From assembly GCF_006345805.1 (NCBI RefSeq), contig NC_043002.1, positions 86,428,001 to 86,492,000 of the forward strand: DNA of 64,000 nucleotides, given 5' to 3'. The notes under the pieces were generated by a model, which saw only the letters and a program-made list of their open reading frames with translations, was not told the DNA's origin and searched no databases. The stretch comes from Octopus sinensis. Lineage: Eukaryota. This document shows, one piece after another, positions 11,777 through 24,106 of the stretch. Numbering within the stretch: position 1 is the stretch's first letter; each line of letters opens with the position of its first letter. Position numbers and translations under genes: made by a program.

Positions 11777-11997
11777 TTAACCCTTCTAGCATTTAAACCA
11801 CCCATATCCAGCCCAAATATTCTACCTGTTTTATGTCCAAGCTGTCAAGATCTAGCCTCTTACACCTACCCTACAATGTCATTGTAGACATAGATAATCA
11901 CATCATCAGAATCTCAAAGTTACAAGATAATGCATTATTCATTCAAAACCACATAATCAAATAAGTGTTAAATTTAACGGCATAATCTAAAGGCTAA
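11777..11997. mobile_element. TTAA-type (piggyBac-like) ~220-bp MITE
   Basis: Starts TTAACCCT..AGCATT; same family as 12735-12960 in the opposite orientation. Confidence 0.65.
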
Positions 11998-12734
11998 CAA
12001 GCCACACATGGGCACAAACAAAACCACTGAAACGATTATCTCTGGTTATCTCTATGCTGTCTAAAGATGTTAGTGTTGATGTTTAACCCAGGTCAACATT
12101 GGTCAAGAAACCCTATGATCATTAGCATTTTAGTGACCATTCTGCTTTTTTTTAGGCTATGTAGGACTACATTATCTAATGTGTCTCTTCCTTAAGATTG
12201 TAGAGTGTGATTTGAGGAAAGTTTGTTATTTCTAGTATTTTGATAAACCACGTAGAGACTCTCATGTTGGTTTGTTACTGAATATGTTAATTTACGAGAC
12301 AGCATGTGAAATTGACTTAGGATTACAACCAGACTTCGTTAAATGTTGTTACATCATCATATTGCTATAACAACAGTGAAGTAGAAGATGATGAGGGAGA
12401 AAACAAGCAATTATGATGGCTATGGATGAGAACATAAGGAAGAAATGATTATATTATTTATTCCTCTGATATCTATGAAACAGACTGCTGACATTTTTAT
12501 AGTAGTATTACTTAGTGCCGTTGAATACATCAACTAAATGAGTCAACATGGAGCCTCTGCATGGTCAATTGACATGGTAGAAATAACACCCAACTCTCCC
12601 TCATATCACACCTTTCCATCTTAGAATGGAAAGGACTCTTAAGTAGAGCATCTAAAAAAATTTAACAAGGAGGAATTTAAGTAAAGTGGGGTGAGTTCCT
12701 TCCAAAATTCAAAGGTGCTGAGAATTTGTTTTTT

Positions 12735-12960
12735 TTAACCCTTTAGTATTCAGATCACTCTGTCAAATTTAATGTTTATTTATTCAGATTGTTTTGAATT
12801 AATTATGCAGTATCTTGTATCTATGGGATTTTAATGAAATGATCCTTTATTTTTAGAATGATATTGTAAGATAGGTGTGAGAGGCCAGATCTGATAAGCT
12901 TGAACATAAAACATACAATATTTGGGCCAGATATGTCCAGTTCAAATGCTAATGGTTTAA
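12735..12960. mobile_element. TTAA-type ~220-bp MITE
   Basis: TTAACCCTTTAGTATT ... AATGCTAATGGTTTAA imperfect terminal inverted repeats. Confidence 0.75.
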
Positions 12961-13236
12961 GGGATGGAAATCCAGCAAATAGTCACTTTGGCTTTCCAGA
13001 CCCCCTTCCCCAGGGTGATGTACTAACTGTGTACCACTTCTCATAGGTCCTGCATACAAGATAATATTGTCCTTGACACAGATTAAAAGACATGATGGTC
13101 AAAGCTGGAATATCCCTGATCATAGATTGGTTTCATCAGAACCAACTTAGGGTTAAATGGTGATAACTAATCAACTGAAAGAAATGAGAAATATATCTAA
13201 TTGTTTGTAAAGAGTTGTGTTTATTTTATATTTCAG

Positions 13237-13280
13237 AGGAATTCTCAAAAGATCTCACAACTATGTCGGACATGCAAGAG
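13237..13280 (+). CDS. Gene 1, penultimate coding exon, 44 nt, phase 1->0
   Basis: ttttatatttcag|AG...GAG|gtaaga; (E)EFSKDLTTMSDMQE. Confidence 0.85.
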
Positions 13281-13489
13281 GTAAGAAATTATGTAGTGTG
13301 ACAAACCTGGAGTATTTTAACATAATCATTAAAGCACCATGAGAAATTAATATGATGGGAGGATAAAATATCTGTGTAGTTAAGAAGCTTGCTTAGCAAA
13401 TATGCAGGTCCAGATTTAATCTCACTACCTGCATATTTACAAAGCAAACTTCAGATACATTGAGAAGTATCTTATAGCATAACTACATC

Positions 13490-14060
13490 ATCATTATCAT
13501 CATCACCACCATCACTACCACCATCACCACCACCACCAACACCACCATCATCATCATCATCATCATTTAACATCCACTTTCCATGCTGGTATGGGTTAGA
13601 TGGTTTGACTGGAACTGGTGAACCAGATAGCTGCACCAGGTTCCAGTCTGATTTGGCATGGTTTCTACAGGTGGATGCCCTTCCTGATGCCAACCACTCC
13701 AAGAGTGTAATGAGTGTTTTTTATGCACCACCAGCATAGGTGCCATTTATATGACACTGGCAACAGCCGCAATTATGGTTTCACTTGGCTTGATGAGTCT
13801 TCTCAAGCACAGCATATCACCAAAGGTCTTGCTCACTTGTCATCACCTCCATGAGGCCCACAGTTGAAGATCATGCTGCACCACCTCATCCCTCACCTTC
13901 ATGAGCCCAACATTTGAAGATCACATTACCAGCAATGACCACAATTATGATTTTATGGGTGCCATTTACATGACACTGGCAATGGTCACAACTATGATTT
14001 CACTTGGCTTGATGAGTATTCTCAAGGACAACACAGCATATTGCCAAAAATCTTGGTCAT
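13490..14060 (-). mobile_element. RTE-type 3'UTR/tail remnant with internal duplication
   Basis: (CAT)n tail, ACATCCACTTTCCATGCTGG..GGATGCCCTTCC motif shared with the RTE tail; duplicated GGTGCCATTT..TGACACTGGCAA..TTTCACTTGGCTTGATGAGT block. Confidence 0.7.
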
Positions 14061-15229
14061 TAGACTAAAACTTTAGAAATGGAATTTGTTGGACAGAAAC
14101 TATTCAAATGGCTTGGCTTAATATTTTTTGTACTATTCTCTTATTCCTTCCCACTCACTATGTTACTCTGTTACAATCATTGCTATTGTCTTCAGCGCTC
14201 TCCATAATGTCCACTTCCGGTCGTAGCATATCTATAAAACTCTTTACTCACATGTTTTTCTCCCTGTTTTTCACACAATTCTTTCCAACACAGACGTTTC
14301 TTAGACACCCAGTTATGCATTGCTAAGATATTCTCTCATTTTTCTATCTTTTCACGCATTCATCTGCCATCGCTATTAATACTTTAATATGTATTATTTA
14401 CTACTCACTATTAACTAATACCTAATTATTTAAATTGACCCTTCAATATATAACTTTCTAATTTCTCTATTTTAGCCTTCATTTCACTTTAATTCTTCAT
14501 GTAATTTTCTAAATGAAATCTCTCCTCTCCTCCTGTGTTCTCAAGTTGGCTACATATTTTTTGTACCAACTCTCTAAATTAACCCTTGCTTATTTGTGGT
14601 GCACCTGCTCATTCTCACCCCAACCACTAGTACTGGATATCTCCTCCCTTCCCCCTCCCAGGACAAATGCAACTAGTTTAGCTGCCCACCTACTTAATTG
14701 GCTATCTTTTGTTTTCACTCAAACTACTTGGTAATTTCCATGGACATATCAAAGTGGAAAGAGAAAGCTAATGGGCTGTACATGCGTGCTGTTCCTCTGT
14801 GTGTTTGTGTGTGCATGTGTGTGTTTGTGTGTGCATGTGTGTGCTTGTTCTTGTGAGCGCACTTGTCTTGTGTGGGTGTGTGTGTGTATGGGCGTGCTTT
14901 TTCCTCTCTTCTTTCACCAGAAACCCCCCTCCCTCACTGGTAATATCTTCTATCATACCTGCAATTTTCTCTCCCTCTCTTTCCCCTGGAACAAATGCAA
15001 CTAGTTTAGCTGCCCACCTTCTTAATCTAACATTGACATGTTAATATTCATATTCTCCTTTATTTATCTTTATTAATTTACTTACTTATATCTGCAACAC
15101 CAGTAATGTTTAAATTTACATTTTTACAATGTCCATAATGCTTATACTCACAACGCCGCTAACACCTACTCCTACTCCCAGTAGGAGTAACAATCTGAAC
15201 ACGCTTGAATGTTTGAATGATGACAGGTC

Positions 15230-16260
15230 GAAAGTGAGAACAGGAGTAGCATGTCTATCAAACGAACACAGAAACCTTCTTTCCAGGCACTGAATAACAT
15301 CTCCCCTCCCCATGCCTCCTCCCACATTCCTTTCCCAGCTTTTAGAGTCAATGTTGGCACACTGAAATGTAGGTCTAGTGAGATTGTAGAGATGCTTGAA
15401 CAGAGATGTGTTGATGTATGCTGCATACAAAAGGTAAGGTGGAGAGGAGCTTCAGCCAGGGTCCTCACAGGCAAGGCACATAAATGGTGTAGGGGATGTA
15501 GGCATACTCCTTGTGGAGAAATGGGTGGATAAAGTCATAGAGGTAGTCAGGGTATGCGATAGAGTGCTTAAGCTCAGGCTAGTCCTGCAGGATAGTATAG
15601 CTACAATTATTTCTGCCTACGCTCCACAAGCAGGCCTACCAAATGACCAGAAGGACCACTTTTATGATACCCTTCTACAGGCTACCTCAAAGATGAGTGG
15701 CAATGACCTCATCTTTGTGGCTAAAGATTTTAATGGGCATGTCAGATGGCAATCCGGTTTCTTCCATGGTGTTCATGGGAGCCATGGAATGGTTCCCGAA
15801 ACAAAGAGGGAATTAGCTTACTGGAGTTCTGTGATGCGTGCAACCTATAAATCTGCAACACTAACTTCAGGAAGCCAGACAGCCACCTGATAACCTATCA
15901 ATCAGGGGACTCTGCTAGCCAGATTGATTTCATCCTCACCAGGCAGTGGGATGCAAGGTTGCTCTTGAATATAAAGACCCTCCCAGGTGAAGAATGTACC
16001 CACCAGCATAGACTAGTTATTAATGGCTTTAGACTCAAGGCCAGAAAGATGCCAAGAAGCAGACCAATCCAGAAAAGAAGGATTTGGAAGCTTAAGAACC
16101 CTTCACATGGTCAGATATTTAGGGACATCCTCATTGAGAAATTTGATGAGAGGGAGGAGGAGCTACAAACTTTGGACATAGAGGGTAACTGGAAATTCCT
16201 ATGGGACAGCTTACTGAGTGCCACAGTCCAAATCTGCAGCTAGTGCAAAGTCCCTTTCAG
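15230..16260 (+). mobile_element. RTE-clade LINE remnant, APE endonuclease region
   Basis: NVGTL..VDVCCIQ.VRW, ISAYAPQAG, DFNGHV, H(Q)HRL motifs; stops and frameshifts. Confidence 0.85.
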
Positions 16261-17092
16261 ACCTGTGCTTGAGGAGACCTATTGAGTCAAGTAAAATCTA
16301 AATCAAAATCAAATCTAAAACCAAATCACAATCAAATGGAAATTGTAGTTGTGGCCGATGCCAGTGCTGCCTGACTGGCTCCCGTGGTGGTGGCATGCAA
16401 TAAGCACCATGCATGTGTGGGTCATTGCCAGTGCCACCTGATTGGCTCCCTGTGCTGGTGGTATGTAAAAAGCACAATCTGAACATGGTCGATGGTTAGG
16501 GCAGTGGACTCGTGGTCGTAGAGTCACAGTTTCAATTCCCAGCCCAGGCATTGTGAGTGTTTACTGAGTGAAAACACCTAAAATCTCCACAAGGCTCTAA
16601 CAGGGGTGGGTGGGGGTGGCAAACCCTGCTGTACTCTTTCACCACAACTTTCTCTCACTCTTTCTTCCTGTTTCTGCTGTACCTGTATTTCAAAGGGCCA
16701 GCCTTGTCACCCACTGTGTCATGCTGAATCTCCCTGAGAACTATGTTAAGGGTACATGTGTCTGAGGAGTGCTCAGCCACTTGTATGTTAATTTCATGAG
16801 CAGGCTGTTCTGTTGATCAGATCAACTGGAACCCTCGTCATCGTATCCGAAGGAGTGCCATGATATATATATATTATATATGTGTGTGTGTTTGTGTGGG
16901 TGTGTCTATAGAGAGAAAGAGAGCCATTCACTCATAAGCTAGCATGTACTAGGCTTTTGTGAATTGTATTACTTTAGATGTGTTTCTACATAGTTACTAT
17001 AAACTACATACAGAGCTTCTCCAGTTCTCCCTTCTTGACACAGCAGAATATCTACAGTAGAATTTTGCTGGAAAAGGTGAGGACTGCAGCAG

Positions 17093-17176
17093 CACTGCCT
17101 GGAATCGAACTCAGAATCTTGGGGTTAGTAGGCTGCGCTCTTAACCCCAAGATTCCCAGTTTGATTCCAGGCAGTG
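17093..17176. repeat. 35-bp hairpin formed by head-to-head tRNA-like (B-box) segments
   Basis: CACTGCCTGGAATCGAACTCAGAATCTTGGGGTTA / TAACCCCAAGATTCCCAGTTTGATTCCAGGCAGTG, 3 mismatches, 14-nt loop. Confidence 0.88.
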
Positions 17177-17181
17177 ACCTG

Positions 17182-17229
17182 AATAATAATAATAATAATA
17201 ATAATGATAATATAATGATAATAATAATA

Positions 17230-17285
<56 letters not shown>

Positions 17286-17335
17286 TAATAATAATAATAA
17301 TGATAATAATAATAATAACAACGACAACAACAACA
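17182..17335. repeat. (AAT)n/(AAC)n microsatellite
   Basis: About 150 bp of AAT triplets. Confidence 0.95.
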
Positions 17336-17382
17336 TTTAAAAATACTTTAGGAATGAAAACCCAGGTTCAAGATTTCCCCAA

Positions 17383-17428
17383 GACATCTGATGAAGGCTG
17401 GAGGGTATATCAGCCGAAACGTTGTGTT
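17383..17428 (+). ncRNA. Minimal type I hammerhead ribozyme motif (Penelope-type)
   Basis: gacat-CTGATGA-a-ggctg(gagggtatat)cagcc-GAAAC-GTT-gtgtt: intact core, 5-bp stem II, palindromic AACGTT stem III, 5-bp stem I with two G-U pairs. Confidence 0.7.
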
Positions 17429-17676
17429 AACAACACACAAGATGAGGACAAATATCCGTCAAGTGTAAATAATGTACATAATTCCTCATCTCTAAAATAT
17501 AGAACTGAATTACATAACAATTATAGAAACATTATGCAATTTTGCACTTCACCTCGTCAGTGTTAAACACTGATGAGATGAAGTGCATGATTCCTGCAAC
17601 TATTTTATAATAAATATGGCATTTTGCTGAAACGTATGTCCTATAACACATTGAATACAATGCCTGTTTTCTGTAA

Positions 17677-17717
<41 letters not shown>

Positions 17718-18299
17718 CATCTTATGCATATCAACATTATATAGTTGTCTGAGATAGTTTATAAGTTAGAAAGAAAGAGATCACTCAATATAAGTTAAAA
17801 GCGAGAGTATATTATCTATACAGTATTATAAATTTAGCTCCATATACTGCCAAAAGTAACCAGATGGTTTTGCAATAATTAATCTTCCCTGCAAGGAAAG
17901 AATAATTAAATACACATCAGACATAACTGATTGGAAATGTATAGCTTTGGGTATTTTGTGTTGGAGATTCAAAAGAAAATATCTGATCAATAATTCAGAC
18001 TTTTGCTTGCAGCAAAAACTAGAACAAACAAAAATCATAAAAACAACAATAAAAAGTGAATAAAAGAAACAGAGCAACAGAAAAAGCTGGGTCTAGACCT
18101 ACAAGGCTTATATACCTTACATTTGCCTGTTAAGTCAAATTTACACCCTTGTGAGTGAGGTTAAAGTGGAAACTGTTTTCCATGTACTTAATGGGTAGGA
18201 TGAAAGGGTGAAAGGGGGAGAGAAGAGTTGCGGTGGGGTATAAAGCCAATTTGTAAAGAAGTGTTATATATATATATATATAACTATATAAAGTGCACC

Positions 18300-18360
<61 letters not shown>

Positions 18361-18363
<3 letters not shown>

Positions 18364-18755
18364 AGTGGCTGTGTGGTAAGTAGCTTGCTTACCAACCACA
18401 TGGCTCCGGGTTCAGTCCCACTGTGTGGCACCTTGGGCAAGTGTCTTCTACTATAGACTCAGGCTGATCAAAGCCTTGTCAGTGGATTTGGTAGATGGAA
18501 ACTGAAAGAAGCCCATCGCATATATATATATGTGTGTATGTATATGTTTGTGTGTCTGTGTTTGTCCTCTCCCAACATCGCTTGACAACAGATGCTGGTG
18601 TGTTTACATCCCTGTCACTTAGCAGTTCAGCAACAGAGACCGATAGAATAAGGACTAGGCTTACAAAGAATAAGGCCTGGGGTCGATTTGCTCGACTAAA
18701 GCCGGTGCTCCAGCATGGCTGCAGTCAAATGACTGAAACAAAACAAAAGTATGAA
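18361..18755 (+). mobile_element. tRNA-derived SINE family A (OR-like octopod SINE, tentative)
   Basis: GGAGTGGCTGTGTGGTAAG head, GGTTCAGTCCC B-box, CCTTGGGCAAGTGTCTTC core, central TA/TG tract, GACTGAAAC tail. Confidence 0.85.
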
Positions 18756-19316
18756 TGTGTGCATATGTTAGGTATGAGGTAACTAAATTTTTATGATAAA
18801 GAGAGTAAGCTTGTAAGAAAAAGAAAGAAAAGAATGGAGATAGGCTGGAAGGTAAGAAAATAAGATGAGGAGATAACTGTATTTGTGTTACTTAGCTACA
18901 TGCTACTGGCCACTCTGAGTTCTTTCACTTAGCTCATTTTTGTATAAATAATGCAAATTACCTAGGCCTTGAATGTGTTCTGTTCTTTTTGTATAAGTCT
19001 ATGTTCTTTGGCTGTTGGAGATAAGAGAGGACAATTATCAAACTGATGATGTCTAATGAGGCCAAAATACATGTCCACAACTGTCTAGTTATCTCCAGAC
19101 AATAAGAGTGTCCTTGTCCTTAAAGACATGTCAGCTTTGGAGAACAATTCTTGATTCTTGAGATTGTCTCCCCTTCTCAAGTGGAGCTGGTCTTAATTGC
19201 CATTTGGTTATTATGATACATTCCCTTGAGACAGTGATAAGTTTTAATAAATCAAGAGTGTATGTTGTATGGTATTTCATATACTTGTATTTGTCTATAT
19301 ATATATATATATATAT

Positions 19317-19507
19317 GGTGGCGAGCTGGCAGAAACGTTAGCATGCCGGGCGAAATGCGTAGCCGTATTTCGTCTACCGTTACGTTCTGAGTTCAAATTC
19401 TGCCGAGGTCGACTTTGCCTTTCATCCTTTCGTCGATGTAATCGATTTAATCCGTTTGTCTGTCCATGTTTGTCCCCTCTGTGTTTAGCCCCTTGTGGGT
19501 AGTAAAG

Positions 19508-19510
<3 letters not shown>
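19317..19510 (+). mobile_element. SINE family C (GGCGAGCTGGCAGAA head)
   Basis: GAGCTGGCAGAAACGTTAGC..TTCTGAGTTCAAATTCTGCCGAGGTCGACTTTGCCTTTCATCC; many copies in the window. Confidence 0.8.
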
Positions 19511-19551
<41 letters not shown>

Positions 19552-20634
19552 TATATATTTATATACACACACACATATACATATATATCATCATCGTGGC
19601 ATAGGTTCGACAATTTGTCACAGTACAAGAGTCAGTTTTTATTTGATGTTTCTGCCTTCTTGGAAAGTTTTGCGGAACATATCTCATGTTAAATATGGTT
19701 TCTTCAATTGGATGTCCTTCTTAACATCATCCACTTTATAGGATGTACTGAAAGCATTTTATTATGCCACCAGCATAGAGAGACCCAAGAATTTTCCTTA
19801 TTTTGTGTTCATTTGTCGTTCATTACTTTTACTTTCTGTTTTCCTCGCATTTCTGGCCTCAAAAGTGTGGACACAATATGGGTAACAAGGAGAATAGAGA
19901 TAAATCAGTCTGTCAGTCAGTAGGATTTGAGTGGGGTCGGTAAGAGCCCACTGTAGTTACCATTGTAGTTGCTATCGAAAAGTGCAGTACAGAATTGAAG
20001 AAGTAACTCTTTTGTAAAATATATTTCATAATTTGATAAAATATTATTTCATAGCTTAATTAAGAGATAATAAAATGAGCTTGTTATGAATAGAAAACAG
20101 TGATAAAAAGAAACATAATATAAGCTTCTTGTTCTAAAATGCAGCAGTGTGACGATACTGAAAGTAAGGTCATCAATGGTCAAATGGAGAGTTAAATAAA
20201 GTAATAAGGGAAAGATAATTGAATTCAGAATGGTTGTGAGTACAGCAATCAGATAATAATTGTTTATTCAATAACCATGAAGACTGAGATTATTTTGAAG
20301 GGAAGGGAAATAGTAATTTTGATAATTATGTCTGTCCTAAATATTGCACTGATGTCAGTGAAATGATTTCAACTAGAAATAAAAGTACTGTTTCTAAATA
20401 GTTGGTTGTAAAAGGAGCTAAACTTATAATACTATACAAATAATATATGTCTGCATTTATATGCATGTATACACATATAAATACACAACCATATATATGT
20501 AATATTGTATATGTATGTATGTATGTATGTATAGGGCATCCAACCATAGAAACCATGCCAGATCAGACCTGGTCAGACCATCCAACCCATGCCAGCATGA
20601 GAGAATTCTAAATGATAATTATTTCCAATTTTGG

Positions 20635-20830
20635 CACTAGGCCAGTAATTTCAGAAGGAAGGAGTTAGTTGATTGCATCAACCCTAGAACTTGACTGGTA
20701 CTTTATTTTATTGACCCTGAAAGGATCGAAGGCAAAGTCAACTTTGCAGTATTTGAACTCAGAACCTAAAGCCTGAAAAAAATGCCACTAAGAAATTTGT
20801 CCGATGCACTAACAATTCTGCAGCTCATTA
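20635..20830 (-). mobile_element. SINE family C
   Basis: Reverse complement of the family C core (GGATCGAAGGCAAAGTCAAC..TTTGAACTCAGAAC). Confidence 0.7.
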
Positions 20831-21972
20831 CCTAAATAATCTTTAATATCATTATGGAACCCTGGTTCTTGTAAATTTTAATGGTGTCTATTTTGCTGGT
20901 ACAATCAAGTCAGGCGTTTGGTTAAACAGTCCCTTCCTCAAACGGTCTCAGCAGCCCTAAAAGAAAAGAGTCACGACCACTGCTCTAATGCCTCTGACTA
21001 TGCCATAAAAAAAATGTTTTAAGATGAAATTCTCCAGGGGTTAATGTTGCCTTTCCACTCAGTTGAATCAATAAAATAAATTAGATACAGGGGTCAGTTT
21101 AATTCAGCATTCATAACTAAAAATTTTTCTTATGAATTTAAACAAATATTCACATAACTAAAAACTAATGATCTAAAATTGCTTTATATTTTTTTCTTAA
21201 AAACGGACGATTTTGTTTCAGATGTTTTTTTTTTTTGTATATTTTGCTGTTTCACACTAATGTTCACATGCTCCTAGGGGTAGAATGGCTGTTGTTATTG
21301 TTCTTGTTGTTAATGTGTAGTACCAGATTAACTCATATTGGGGAGACCTATGATCAAAGGCATTCCAGTCATGACTACCCTGTCATATATTGGAAGCAGT
21401 GTATCTTGGATGGCATTATCTAATGTGCCATTTTCTATGAGAGTACAGTGTACTTTGAGGGGAATTGAGTGGGTATTTCTTGAGAAGAGAGTTCATTAGT
21501 GAAGAAAGCTATATCCAAGTTGATAATTAATTGAATTCATTCAGGTATACATTTGATGCCCTTTTTTCTATAGTCATGTGGATTGGATGGGAACATAAAT
21601 CAGGGTTTTATGACACCAGTCTTTATCTGTCTTCAAGTAGAGGATATTGCTTTCATTTTAAAACTACAGAGTGACTGGTTAATATCAAGAAGGAACATCA
21701 TATCATTGTTTTACTCAGATGGTATTAAGCAAAGCCAAGAAATGTCAACATGCATACACAGACACATATATCATAGGCTTCCACGTAGTTTCCATCAAAC
21801 AAGTTCACTCACAAAGTATTTGTTAACTCTGTTACCACACAGGCCGAATCCAAACCTACATCATTGCAAAACAAACTTCTTTACTACACAGCTGTGGCTG
21901 CACTTATTGGTCCATTTTAACAATAATTTGGTTTCATGCCTGGAAAACCATAAGAGTTCATTAAGAATTAAT

Positions 21973-22198
21973 TTAGTCCTTCAGTGTTTAAGTTATTCTC
22001 TCAAATGTGATGCATATTTATTTACATAATTTTGAACTAATCATGCATCATCTTGTAGCTTTGAGACTTTCATGATATGACTGCTTATCTTTAGGACATT
22101 GTAAGATATTTCTGAGAGGTTTGATCTGGCTGGTTTGAACATAAAACAGTTTGAATATTTTAGGTTGAATATGGATGGTTTTAATGCTAAAGAGTTAA
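21973..22198. mobile_element. TTAA-type ~220-bp MITE
   Basis: Ends AATGCTAAAGAGTTAA; same family as 12735-12960; 100 bp upstream of the gene 1 terminal exon. Confidence 0.65.
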
Positions 22199-22298
22199 AC
22201 AAAAATTTCTTGTAAAAAGCATAATTTTAATAAAGAAACTTCAAATTATTTAAAAGTTCTTTGTAATATTATTATTATATTTTATCTTTAACTTGCAG

Positions 22299-22463
22299 AA
22301 AATACAGAAAAGAGACCAACTGACTGTTGACCAGATGGACGTTTCAAAAAACATCATTGATACAAACATCCAAATTGTAAACAATGTCAGTAAAAAAGTA
22401 CACAAACAACTGGAAACATTGGGAACATATTTGAAAGGCACTGAAATAAGGCGCCCAGACTAA
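22299..22463 (+). CDS. Gene 1, terminal coding exon, 165 nt including TAA
   Basis: ttttatctttaacttgcag|AAA; KIQKRDQLTVDQMDVSKNIIDTNIQIVNNVSKKVHKQLETLGTYLKGTEIRRPD*. Confidence 0.85.
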   Translation, partial: KIQKRDQLTVDQMDVSKNIIDTNIQIVNNVSKKVHKQLETLGTYLKGTEIRRPD

Positions 22464-22537
22464 GAGAATGGTTACACTTCAAACTGCACTGTGTATATGC
22501 ATGCATGCATGCATACATACATACATACATACATATT

Positions 22538-22739
22538 TGTTTTTGAAAATAGTGGGTTTTTTAACTGCAGCCCTCTTGTGAAATATGGCTTTGTGCAGCT
22601 CCCAGCAAACAGTTTTTGTGGAAAAGCTCTGCACGAATTTTGGGAGCTGTACTTTTGTGATCCTTTCTAACAATTCGCGTAAGAGTTCAACGGTCCCTAT
22701 CTGAAAGTTTGGGTTTTCTTTCAGAGTTTTGTTTCGATG
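22538..22739 (-). mobile_element. Inverted internal fragment of the adjacent Tc1 transposase gene
   Basis: Reverse complement of ~23188-23410 with an internal deletion; flanked on both sides by (CATA)n. Confidence 0.9.
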
Positions 22740-22855
22740 GGGAGATACATACATACATACATACATACATACACACATACACACACACACACATGCACGC
22801 ACACACACATACATACATACATACATACATACATACATACATACATTCATACATA

Positions 22856-24106
22856 CAGGGGTTGGAGAAAATAATGGAAACACCTGGCATCATAATTTTG
22901 AAATATATATAAAATCGTAAAAAGCTTGTTTATATTTATGTTTTTTTGATTTATTATTAGTGTTGCTTAATATGTTTTGCTAAAATTGCTGTTTCTTTTC
23001 AGATATCATCAGAAAGGGTAATTAAAATTAATTAAAATGACTGATCTATCAGACTTTCAGAGAGGTCAAATTGTTGGTATTCATATGGCAGGCACTAGCG
23101 TAACGGAAACAGCCGAAATGTTGTGTGTATTAAGAAGTACTGACTTGAAAGTAAAGACAGCCTTTGAGAAAGAGAGAAAAATCTCCGCATTGAAACAAAA
23201 CTCTGGAAGAAAACCAAAACTTTCAGATAGGGACCGTTGGACTCTTACGCGAATTGTTAGAAAGGATCACAAAAGTACAGCTCCCAAAATTTCTACAGAG
23301 CTTAATGACAACCTTAAGAACCCAGTTTCCACAAAAACTGTTTTCTGGGAGCTGCACAAAGCCATATTTCACAAGAGGGCTGCAATTAGAAACCCACTAT
23401 TTTCAAAAACAAATATTGCAAAGTGTTTAGAGTGGAGTAAAAACTTACAGAATTGGTCCCTAGAGCAGTGGAAGATTGTTATTTTCTCAGACTAGTCATT
23501 CTTTACCTTATTTCCAACCGCCAGCTGAGTATACATATGGAGACAGCCAAAAGAAACATTTGACCCAGACTGCCTTCTTCTAACTGTTAAACATGGAGGA
23601 GGATCTATGATGATGGGGGGGGGGGCTATATCTTGGAAATCCACCCGCCCAATGGTTTTCCTTCATGGCAGAATTAATAGACTATTTAAGCCTTTTATCT
23701 GATCAAATTCATCCTATGGTTGAGAAACTGTTTCTGGAGGGAAACACAATCTTTCAGGATGATAATGCACCAGTTCACACAGCTAAAGTTGTTACTGAAT
23801 GGCATGAGTAACATTCTAAAGAAGTTGAACATTTTATCTGGCCACCACAGTCCCCAGATCTCAATATTATCGAACATTTATGGTGCATTTTAGAAAAACA
23901 AGTAAGGAGTTGATATCCTCCACCATCATCACTACAAGAACTGGAGACTGTTTTAGCTGAAGAATGGACAAAAATTCCTTTGGAAACAATTCAAATTTTG
24001 TATGAGTCCATACCTCATAGAATTCAAGCCAAAGGCGGTTCTACCCCATATTAAAATTAATTTGTTTGAAATTTTAAGGTATTTCCATTATTTTGTCCAA
24101 CCCCTG
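22856..24106 (+). mobile_element. Tc1-type transposon, full length (1251 bp), DD36E spacing
   Basis: TA TSDs; 30-bp TIRs CAGGGGTTGG(A/C)..ATAATGGAAA(C/T)ACCT with 2 mismatches; transposase 23037-24054 with stops; VIFSD, FQDDNAP, SPDLNIIE. Confidence 0.93.
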
